From Podarcis liolepis (taxonomy: Eukaryota), in assembly GCA_965112155.1 (NCBI GenBank), contig OZ218101.1: a stretch of 64,000 bases of DNA. One strand, 5' to 3'. Positions 12,701 to 24,842 of this stretch are shown piece after piece. Each line of letters starts with the position of its first letter. The stretch's first letter is position 1. Under the pieces are notes generated by a model, which saw nothing but the letters and a program-made list of their open reading frames with translations, was not told where the DNA came from and did not search any database. The position numbers and the translations under genes are program-made.

Positions 12701-15700
12701 GAAGGTCAAATTAACAGTACTGCTCTTTTCTATTTCACAGCATGCTGAGTCTTGCATTTAAAAATAAAGGTTGAAAAATTTTGAGCTCTCCCATTAAGAC
12801 ACTTACGCAACTGTAACTTTTTAATGGCCACGTGGTTCAAAACTGCTGAATATGGAAAACAATCCTTTAAAATAAATTGTGTTTTAGTCTAAAACATTTC
12901 TTCCATGGACACACACAAACTCACACACAGCAATTCTGCAGAGATTGCTAAGAGCACCACAGCGATGGTGACTGTATGTATATTGGAATTGTTGCGGAGC
13001 ACAGGTTTTTACAACTCCGCCCCCAGCAGTCTGGATAGATCTTAAATTGCTTGATAGTGTCATTTTCCCCATCACCTAGCTCAGTTTTTCCCAACCACTG
13101 TTCCGTGGCACACTAGTGTGCCGCGAGATGTTGCCTGGTGTGCCGCGGGAAAAATTAAAAAATTCGAAAGATTTTTTTTTTAAGTCAAATTTTCGATTGG
13201 GGCGCCGTCACTAGATGACCCCTGGGGTTCCCTCCCTCCCTCCCGCTCTGCGCCTCCCTCCTCCTCCTCCTCCGGGGAGGCCCTTCCTGGCTCTCGGCCA
13301 AGGCTTGGCGGCTGCCACTCACTCACTCGCCCACCCGTCCCTCCATCCCTGTACCCGGCCTCTCCCCCTCCGTCCCCGGCGCGGGGGCTGCCGGGATCCG
13401 GAGTCCCCTCGCTCTTGGGCTCCGCGCCCGCGCGGGGTGCGCGAACTACGTTTCCCAGCGTGGCCTGGCGGACCGGGCGTTTTGTTTGAAGCGCTCTTCT
13501 CCCGGCCATGGAATGAGTGCGGCGGCGGCGGCCGGGCGGGCAGGGGCTCTTCCGCGCAGACCCCGCGCAGCCTGCCTGCACCCCCGCGGAGATCGGGGAT
13601 CCCCGCGGAGGCGGAGCGGCGGAGGCGGAGGCTGCCCCCCAGGTAGGGCTGTGTCGGGGGGGGGTTATTTTTGCAATGCTGCATCCGCGCCAGAGGGGAC
13701 GCATCGGACCGCGGGGAGACCCCTTGGCGGGCGTGCAAGGCAATGCATGCGTGCAGGCGTTGCATGGAGTGCAGTGCAATGCAATGGCAACGCGGCGCCC
13801 TGCATGCATGCATGCAACTTCCACCGGCGCTCCGGACTTGGCAGGTGAGGGGGGTCCCCAGTGGGCGGCAGAGAGAGCCGGGAGGGCGAAGGGGAGCCGG
13901 GGGGAGCAGCGCTGCTCCCCGAGCCGAGCCCGGGGGGAAACTTCGGCGTCGTTGCGCTGGGTGTTGGAAGCGGAGGCTGGCGGGGGCCCCTCACCTGCAA
14001 AACCTGGTCGCCTCTCATATATTTCGTGCATTGCATTCATCGCCCGCTTTCTCCTCCAAGGAGCTCCCGGGGGCGCACGTGGTTCTCCCCGTGTTAACCT
14101 CGCAACAACAGCCCTGCGAGGTGGGTCAGGCGAGTGGCCCAAGGGAGCACCCAGGGATTGTCCTGGCCAGGTGGGGTGATTTGAACCCTGCTCTCTGCCC
14201 GGTCTTCGTCCTCATTTAGCCCCCACATGTGCATGACTGTGCATGACTGAGGTTTTCCCCCCTCGTCTTGGCTATGGTGTGAGTCTGTGCTGTTAATTAA
14301 TGGGGTTCTGCCTTCGGAGAAGATGAGCCAGCCCTCAAGGAGGTGATTATGTAATTTGCTAGCAATTCATGTCCCTCCCGGCGTGACGCTGCGCGCTGAC
14401 GTCACGGGGCTGTAATGGTGGTGTGCCTCGAGATTTTTTTCATGAAACAAGTGTGCCTTTGCCCAAAAAAGGTTGGGAAACACTGACCTAGCTGATGGCT
14501 GATCAGCTCAGCAAAAGGGTAAAGTTGGTGGATTTTTTTTGGGGGGGGGGAGCTGTACAGAGAGTGGTGGAGAGCCAGATGCACCTCATAGACTGTGGTG
14601 TGCCTACATGTGTTCTAGTGACAGTTTTATCTCTTACAGCCTGCTTATCACAGAACTGTAGAGCTGGAAGAGAGGTGGGGGGGTGCTATTTCTCCCAGTT
14701 CACCTGAGGTTTCATAAAAATAGCAGCAACAGCTATAGAAATATCAAAGACACTGGGAATGCTTTTAACATCAGCTCTCCCCAACATATTTCTTGAGTTC
14801 CCCATCAGCAGGACAATTTCTTTTTACTGTATTATATTGTTATAATCAGCTATAAGATGCTGGATATCATTTGAGTGAAAAGCAGGCAATAATTTCACTG
14901 AATGAATGAATGAATGAATGCCCTTTTTTGAAGTGCTTTGGTTTGTTTGCTTGTTTTAAAAGGTATGTGTTGGCATGCAGATATGGATATGGAACATCTT
15001 CCATACTTTCTTCAGGGTTGCTTAATATTGACCTATGAGTCCAGGGACCCACAGAGGATTGGAGAAGATAGAAGGACTTTGCAAGAATGTTTTAGGATAC
15101 CAGGATTTGAAGTTGGTGCATTTTATTTTATTTTTATTTTTTGCATTTTCAATGAACTGTTATAACAATAAGATTTAGTGTCCCAATTTTTCTCATGTCA
15201 TTCACAAGGGCAATGTATGAAAAATATACCTATTTACCTGTTCATTGAACAAAATTATGGCACAATAACGTTTTCCCATAATAAAAGGAAGATAGTGAAG
15301 CCTGAGGACTGAACTGCTTTCTCCCGTCAGGAAAAGTACATCCATTGGGCTGAAGAACTCTTGTAAATAGTTTGATTCCTTAGTTGCCAATGCATCATCT
15401 GGAGGTTCAGCTACAGCATCAGAGCTAGTAAATGCTTCTGCTATAATATAGAAACATTGTAAGAATGCAATTACAGTACATAACAATACGTAATATTTTA
15501 AATTCTTAAGGAATACAATGAAACCTGACAGATAATAGAGAAATGCTAATTCATGCTTTCTATTTTTATCAGCTTTAACTATGCTGCTCAAAGAGCAGGA
15601 GAATTTTGAATAAGGCGCTTTTTTAAAGGGTCAGAAGCACACATTGCCTGGTAAATCTGTTCCTGGATTTTGTGGGGTAGGGGAGAAATTAGAATTGTGG

Positions 15701-18700
15701 CTGCAGTGTGGGAGAAGGGGCATTAATCCTTCCTTTTAACACCATTCTCTGTTGCAAATCACCCCAGCTGCTATGAGCCATGCTATGACTAGACATAATA
15801 CAGGCATTGGGAAATTTGAATCAGGAATCAGCAAAGAGGTCCATTTCAAACAATCATGCAGTTAATTTCATATACACATTCAGTTGTAACTGTATTCAAC
15901 TAACTTTTAATCAGAGTAGACCCACTGAAATTAGTAGTCATTGATTTCAATGGATCTACTCTGATTAAAAGTACAACCCAATGTCATAGTCTGGGGTGTA
16001 AGAAAGCAGTGATTTCCCTTCTAATTTGTATTTATTGCAAGGAGCGCTTATCTCTTCCCCCAGTGAGCAGTGATTGTGGCCTGACGCTAGGGATTGGGGG
16101 CAGGGGCCTGTTTCTCACATGACTGGGAAGGACATCATTTCCTCCTCCAATGGTCACAGGGGATTCTGGTGGCTCGCTTGTGGTTCTGATCAATTCCTCA
16201 CAGCAATTGCATGCTGATACTCTGTGCTCCCCACCTCCCTGACAGCATATAATAATGGACACCGCACACTTATGTTTGGATCAAATAAGGCCACAGATTT
16301 GTTGAATGCAGATGAAAAGATTTGGCATAGGCACTGGGCAACCATTAACTTGCCAGAAGTGATGTCAAGGGTCAATTGGGCAGCAGAGGATTCCTAAGAC
16401 TTGCATCAAATTAGTGGACCTCTGCAGGAATTGCCACTTTGAGGAGTGCTATAGGCCCCAGCCCCTGCCTGAGCCTCTGATATAATCAGCTCCCCCCAAA
16501 TCCCTTTAATGGGATACCCTGGCACTGGAGGGGCAGGAAGAGACTACAACCCCCCTTCATCCAAGACTAAGGTTTGCCCAATGCCTACTCAGTAATCAAC
16601 CAACAGTCAGATTGGGTGATTCTGGCTACACACCCAATGCCTATGCCAAGACTTACATCTGTAATCAATAAAGTTGTGGCCCATTTTATCCCAAAGCAAT
16701 AGTCCTGTGATTATTTCATCTCCACATATTAGCCCTTAACTGCTCGCAGCCACACATCAGTGCTATTTCTGTTCTGCTGCAGTTTGATTTTTGCCAAATA
16801 CTATCCCAATGTCTGCTTTTTAATGTAAGCTACATAGATTATGTATGCAGGTGGCGCTGTGGTCTAAACCACTGAGCCTCTTGGGCTTGCCGATCAGAAG
16901 GTTGGCAGTTCGAATCCCCGCAACGGGGTGAGCTCCTGTTGCTCGGTCCCTGCTCCTGCCAACCTAGCAGTTTGAAAGCATTTCAAAGTGCAAGTAGATA
17001 AATAGGTACCACTCTGGCAGGAAGGTAAACAGAGTTTCTGTGTGTTGCTCTGCTTTCGCCAGAAGCGGCTTAGTCATCCTGGCCACATGATCCGGAAAAC
17101 CTGTCTGCAGACAAATGTCGGCTCCCTCAGCCAATAAAGCAAGATGAGCACCGCAACCCCAGAGTCGTTCATGACTGGACTTAACTGTCAGGGGTCCTTT
17201 ACCTTTACCTTTACATAGATTATGTAACTAATTATGTAACTTAAATTAAATGAATTTTTTGCCTATTTTTGATATTTACATTGAAATGATTGTATCATTT
17301 GCTGATTATATTCACTTGACTGATTTATTTTCCTGTAGCAATTTCTGCTTCCTTTTTCATCAGATTCTCTGACATCTACCTCTACTTAAAGTTAGTTCAA
17401 AAGAAGAGGCAGGGATGGTGACTACTCTTCCAGAGTTAAAGCTTTTTTTCTTTAACATCCCACTGAATGCACACAAATCCCTGAATATAAGAGGTTCTCT
17501 CCATTGTGATCTATGTTATATACTATATATTGTAAAAAACCATTTTACATACTATGCATTATAGTAGAATATGTTATACTGTTATATGCACTTAAAAACA
17601 AATACATACGAATTCAAGACAGAGCAACTTTTTTTGTTAAGTAAGTAGCTTTTTTTTTAACCTGGACAACAATCTTTCCTTCATAAAGATAACAGCAGGC
17701 AGAGCAATTCTATCTAGAGGGAAGCTGAGTGGCAGATTCACTGCTGCTTCCTGAGTCATCTTGTTTTATACCAGTAAGGGCAGAAAGGGAGAGGGCAGTT
17801 CTTTCTTAATCATCAACGTTGGGAGAAAGGCTATGTTTTCACTCTGAATCTATATATATTTTAGGAAATATTGTTTTTCCTTTTTGAAATAAAGTCGTAA
17901 GTCAAAACATACGGTATATCTAATATATGTCAAAACAAAACAGTAAAACCAATGAAATATTCCCTCTTTCAAAAGCTGCAAGGAACTAACAGTTATTTAA
18001 ATAAGATAATTTAATCACTGATCTTTCAGGAGCTCAGCTGCCCAGTACATCACTGAGAAAAAGGGCCAACAATAATGAACCCATAACCTGATAGGCAAAG
18101 GCAGGTCCTCAGAATTATTTGTAAAATGGTTGTTTCAGTGCTCAGCGAAAACCCCATCAAAAAGATACACAAAGAAAAGGCTCCATTAGAAAATATTTTA
18201 AGTGGATCTAAGACCTGGCAGATAGATTTAATAGGATCAAAGGATGCACTTGCAGGACTTTTAAACCCACCTCTTCTTTCCTTTTCCTGCCCCACCCCCC
18301 ACCCCACACCTGCTCTCCACACCAGTGCACTGCAACTTCAAGCCAGAAGTGCCTTCGGGTGCAATCTCACTTACCTGGGGTAAAACTCATTTAATTCTGT
18401 GAGTCTTACTTCTCAAAAGACTTATACAGAATTACACTGTTACTCTTTGGGGAAGGTAAAATACATTTGAGCACTATAAGCCTCCCCCCGAAAAAATCAA
18501 TATTTATAAGTATAGTAGGGCTTTTTTCCAAGTAATCAGAAAAATGTTATATGTAGTTTAACAAATTAAACTGTGAAACCAATAAGAAATAGAGCTTACC
18601 AGCATTTGATCTGTCCTCTTGACTGCAGAATTTTTTTACACCTATCACATCATGTCTTTTATTCAGTATGTCAGTTTCAGAGCTAAAAAAATGAAAAACA

Positions 18701-21700
18701 AACTGTTTCTTGACATAAAGAATAGAGGCCAAATTCCTGGATCTTGGTGTGCCTCGGTTATCACAGTTATACCCAAACCTTAACAAGCTGAATCATATAG
18801 ACCTATTTCATTGATTAATATGAATGCTAATTTACAGGGATACTGACCAACTGTCTTTTAAAGAAATTTACCCAGCCATTTCCACCATGACCAAGTCAGA
18901 TTCATAGCCTATTAGAAAGATTCTCAATACATTTTTTAAGGGTCAATCACCTCCAGAACCTCTTGTTCTTGGGATGCTGGATGAAGTCAAGGCATTTGAT
19001 TGTTTAAACTGACAGTCTCTCTTTACAATTTGAGGTTCCTTTGGTATTTGTGCATCCTGGGTTGATAAGCTCTCAGATGTATGCTATGGGTTACTGGCCC
19101 AAGTTTTGGTGAATGGGGAAAACTCTTAGATATTTTCCCATTGGCCGGGGCATGAAGCAGGACAGCACACTACCTTGCCCTGGCCACAGAACCCTTAGCT
19201 TTGGCACTGAAAGCAGATGAGGATCTAAAAAGTTTTGAATTATCTGGAAAAATCCATCTTATCAATATGTTCACACATGATGTTACACTATTCCTTTCTG
19301 ATCCTAAGCCTCTTTACCTGCTATTATGTACCTACTTGCTATATGTGGCAAGATATATGGGTTCACTGTTAACTTCACCAAATCTGAGTTGATGTGTATA
19401 CACCCCCCGCTAAACCTACAACTGAACTGACACAAAACAACTGGCCAGAAATACCTGGGAGTGAATATACCTAAGACTCTATCTGAACTTTACTCCCTTG
19501 ATAAAACATTTAACAACTAAGCTCAAAAACTGGTCAAAGCTAACCATCTTTACATATTCCGAGTCTTACCAATAAGCACACCCATCTCTCATTTAATAAT
19601 CAGCCAAAATTATATTAAATTTTGTTCATGAAAACAAGAGACCTCAGCTACCTCAATAAACCCTTTATAGGGACAAGAAAGAAGAGGTATAGCAATACCT
19701 AATCTAAAATGGTATGAAGACTCCACTCACTTACACAATACTCTTTTGATTTTACAGTACTCAGACCAGATCCAATGCTTCAGCTGGATCACTGTATTCA
19801 GTATTTTAATGCCACTGCCATGTGACATTCAGTGAATATGTGCAACCAATCTTCTACCTAGTTCATTAAGACTCTTTAATCTGGCCCCTTATGTTTCCTT
19901 CACTGAAATAACTTTCTAAATAGTTACACTAAATGTTCTTGCAAAAAATATAGCATCACATGTGTATAACAAATATGAGGTAATTGATCTTGATAGCTGA
20001 TCTTTAATTCCTCCAGCAAACTGTCTTAATCCCAGTAATTTACCTGAATGTCTAATTTAGGCCACAAAATCTAAGAATTTCTATTCCATTAACTATTATA
20101 ATGGAGTAACCTTGAATTTGAAAAGGTGTCCTCATCTGCAATTCCTAAATCTATTTGGAGTCTCAAAGGAATCCCCTAAGCCAACAATCTATTCAGTTAC
20201 TCTAAGCTCTTTCAATTACAATTCTATATAGTTAACTGGCTTATTTTAATTTGTAATTGTAAATTCAAATTGTTCCCCTGAGATTATGACTTACTACCTC
20301 ATGGTTAGCCATGTGTCACTGAAGGATCTTACTTGGTTCAATCCTAAACACAGCTGAAAATGTCTAATTGATCAGCAAGTGGCTTAGGGCTGAAGCCTGA
20401 GGGCAGTTTTATATTCCTTTATGGCAGCTATTTTCATTTTCAGTATACTTTCTCTGCATGTGAAAAGGTATACTGTCTCTTTATGACTGGCTTGCCTCCT
20501 AATATCCATGTAAACAAAAGAATATAACAGAAATGCCATAGTGAAACCTTGAAACTCCTGTGTTTGATATCCTGTATCTTGTTCATAGCCCATTGCCCTT
20601 TTTATTTGTTATGCTGTGGATTCTGATCTTTTGATAACTGAGTAAAATCTCCTAGTTTTATCTTATATAGTATTAAAACCCATATTATTCCACACTGATC
20701 ACAGGTAAGGCACCACAATTCAAGAAGGACACTGACAAATTGGAACGTGTCCAGAGGAGGGCAACCAAAATGGTCAAAGGCCTGGAAACGATGCCTTATG
20801 AGGAACGGCTAAGGGAGCTGGGCATGTTTAGCCTGGAGAAGAGGAGGTTAAGGGGTGATATGATAGCCATGTTCAAATATATAAAAGGATGTCACATAGA
20901 GGAGGGAGAAAGGTTGTTTTCTGCTGCTCCAGAGAAGCGGACACGGAGCAATGGATCCAAACTACAAGAAAGAAGATTCCACCTAAACATCAGGAAGAAC
21001 TTCCTGACAGTAAGAGCTGTTTGACAGTGGAATTTGCTGCCAAGGAGTGTGGTGGAGTCTCCTCCTTTGGAGGTCTTTAAGCAGAGGCTTGACAACCATA
21101 TGTCAGGAGTGCTCTGATGGTGTTTCCTGCTTGGCAGGGGGTTGGACTCGATGGCCCTTTTGGTCTCTTCCAACTCTATGATTCTATGATTCTATTCTAT
21201 GATTCTAAGGTAATATTATGAGTATCTAAAGCAGCCGTCTTCAACTGGTGGATCAGGAACCAGCTTGCGGTCTAACAGCAGTACTGCCACCATACAGGCA
21301 TATGGTAAAATATAATAAAGTGGATCCCCAAATGCATTTAGGGGCTAAAGATGGGTTCCAGAACTGAAAAAAGGTATCTAAAGTATGCTTTTGACTTTCT
21401 GCCATAACAAAGGTTGAGTAGTGATACAAAATGACAGTACTGCATTTATATTTCCGTATCATACCTAATCAATCATGCATAAAAGTAAAAAAAGAAAAGT
21501 ATGGGTAATGGCTGCTCACAAAAAAAAAATGGCTCCAAAGGCCTATTGGCTTCACAAAACTTATTTCATGATACTGTACTTTGGTTCCTGGCTACAGTTG
21601 ATCACAGTAGGATTGAGAGACAAATATTGATATTTCACTGTCTGAATCAGTCTAGATTCAGTCTAGATTCTGAATCAGAATCTAGAAGCCATCACAACTG

Positions 21701-24700
21701 ATAAGGCAATTATACAGCAAAGAGAAAACAAACTTAGGGTTGTATATTCTACTCAGAATAGGCCCATTGAAATTGTGGACCTAAGTTATTTATGCCTATT
21801 AATGTCATTTTGTAAGTATGTTATTCAAGACAGTAATCAGCTGCAGAACATACATGTCACACTAATTTCTTGCTATCGTCTAACTCTGTGGAACAGGATT
21901 ACATTTTCCATAATTAAACCTTGCAGCCAAATAATGAAATTAGCAATGTTAGGGTTAATGTGAGCTTCATCAGTTATAAAGGCTATAAAGAAGCAGCAGC
22001 AGCAACATATATTTTAATGAATTGCCTTCAAAGAGAAGACTTTCATATATGGGTAAACCACACCAAGGAACTTAGGTTATAGCAGGGATTCTCAATTTGC
22101 ATTTCCTTCTGAGATGTCAATGTAAACCCCATTCACAGAAACCGCTGGTGCAAAGCTATCAATGGAGAGCATTTCTGTGATTGGTTGAGAAAGAGCAAGA
22201 ACACATGCACTGCCTCCCTTTGATTTCTGGCAGCCAGTTGGCCCAACCTAGGCTGCAAGATTGATCTTGGTGCCAGTCACTGCAGAGCTGAGTAGGATTT
22301 TCCCCCATGTCCACTCCTGCAGGCTAGTTTCATCACCTACTCTGTTCTACATGGCATGGTGGGTAAGGGCACAGGTGGTGGGTGTGGCTTAGTAGGTTAA
22401 TTTGTTCACATTTTGGCAGGTATGTGCAGGAGATGGAAAGGCGGCAAGATCAACAGCTGAGCACCCTTAGACATCTTTGGAGGTGGTGGGCGTGTTCTGA
22501 AGGCAGCCCCTCTAGTCTGTGGATTCTGTAGGGCTGGATATTGAATGCCTAGTCTCACCCAATAGACGCTGTTGGGTTAGAAACGGGAAGTCTTCCTAGA
22601 TACCTTCAGGGCAGGGCTCAGGTAAGGGCCTATGATCAGGTCATGCTTTTGTCCTCAGCAAGGTAGCTCACACAGGATCTTCACACAGGAGCTGTTGAGT
22701 TATAGTTACCTTGACTTTCTAAGCATCTGGATAGAGTTCACGTTGTGCTAGCAGAAAAGTTCCGCCTGTGCAAGCAAATCAACCTGCTAGACAGAATGAT
22801 CTCCTTCTTCTTTGCCTACATGCTGTTCTGTGGGGTCTCCTGACCCCCCAGGCCAATTAAGCGGGTGGGGAGAGGGGGAAGAGAGGGGGAAAACAACACT
22901 GTGCAAGTGGAACCCCTTGCACAGGGCTTCTGCTGATGGGCAGGATTCACCTAGCAAGCTTCATTATTTCTATAATGACCAATATACACAAGGAACATCT
23001 GCTGCTTTAAAAAGACAAGAGTGAGCTTGGTCCTTCCTCTCACTCATTAAACCAGAATGGGGGTGTAAGAAACACAGTGCATATGCATGCACACCTGTAC
23101 CATTCCTCTGTATAATTACACTCTTGCAGAATTCCTTCATTTAAACTGCTACTATAACTACCATAGTGCAATAACCAACTAAGGAAGTATAAAAAGATAT
23201 GACAGAATTATACTGTGTTATCTCTCACTGAGCTGCGAGTTAATAAGTTTGAAAACTTACCTTTTCGTTTTACCTTGTTTAATATGGCTGAGTTGGTCTA
23301 AGTTCTCAGGCTCAGTGATGCAACTGGTTGATTCAACTAAAATGACACTAAAAAATATTTCCAGTTTAGCAAAAAGCCTACAATATTTAAAGGTAATAAA
23401 ACAAACAACTTGCAAAAATAGGAATACAGCAATACTTAGATTTTAAGAACTCTGACCTACCCATCCCAAAGTCTCTGTACTAGCAAAAATACTTTAATAA
23501 CCAAACCTAAGCTTTTTTTTCATGTACTTTTTACCTAGACAACAGAATCCTTGGAGAGATGAGGCCTACCCAAGGTGTTCTTGACCCATGCCCCTCTCAG
23601 CTTATAAAAGCAGCTGTTGGGGGACTGGTGGAGTGGGTAATGGGAGTGAGGAATACATCAAGGCAGAGTCCCACCATATCTAAAAGAAGCAGTGATGAAA
23701 TGTCTTCTTTATAAAAACAAAAACTTCCAGGTATCCCAAAGTTCTGGATAACTTGCAGCCTTTTCTGTGGCTGCTCCCATATTGTGGAATTCCCTCCTAA
23801 GAGAAGTTGGAGTAGCTCCCTCTATACTATCTTTCCACTGGCAAGCTAAGACCTCTGTATTCAGACAGGCTGTGGAATGCTAGGTGCAGATGATGTTGAC
23901 CAATCAGCATTTTAATGCTGGTTTTAAATGCTTTATTGTATTTTAACTATTGTTTTTAACTTGTTTGTTTTTATTAATTTGTAATTTATAACGCTGTTTT
24001 AAAACTCTTAAATCTGAAAATGTCTTTTCCAGGGTGAGTAGAGCCTCTAGCCAACCTTTTAAAGACAAATAAAATGGCATAAAACTCTGTAGCCAGAAAA
24101 GTTGAATGCCTATGGCCAAAGCATCATTTTGGGGAGAAAAAGTCAAAGCTAATGTGTCATCAGATTATTGCATATTTCAGATACAAAATCCTTTAAAACA
24201 ACTACAAAATTTAACACAGATAAATTTACAGATAGGTAGCCGTGTTGGTCTGCCATAGTCAAAATAAAAAAATTCCTTCCAGTAGCACCTTAAAGACCAA
24301 CTAAGTTAGTTCTTGGTATGAGCTTTCGTGTGCTGTGTATCTGAAGAAGTGTGCATGCACACGAAAGCTCATACCAAGAACTAACTTAGTTGGTCTTTAA
24401 GGTGCTACTGGAAGGGATTTTTTTTATTTTGACAGATAAATTTAATAATACATGCCTGAAAACCAATCATTTCTTTATAATTCAGAGCATTTTATATGGG
24501 TCCTGGTAAATGGTGACATTTACTGGTTTTTCATGTTTAAAGCAAGAACAGAGAATTATGGAAAGAATATACAGAACTGCCTAGAAACCAAACCATTTCA
24601 ATCTAATGTGATACCTGAATGGCCCATCCATTTTGAAAGGACTAATAACCTGCAGATTTAATTCGTTTAGCTCATAACATGGAGATTTGCATTTTAATAC

Positions 24701-24808
24701 ACCCTGTAAGTAAATGAAAAAAGCATTAGTCTTATAGCTCACAATTCAGAGTTAATTATATTTTTAAATAATCAGATCCTTTTGTTTTCTCTCTCTCTCT
24801 CTCTCTCG

Positions 24809-24842
<34 letters not shown>

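Noticed and set aside
13180-14219. Long overlapping ORFs (320, 220 and 182 aa) on both strands
   Set aside because: Explained by very high GC content; low-complexity R/G/P/A translations with no recognisable domain or transposase motif.
16846-16930. tRNA-like sequence with A/B boxes
   Set aside because: It is the head of a Sauria SINE, not a tRNA gene.
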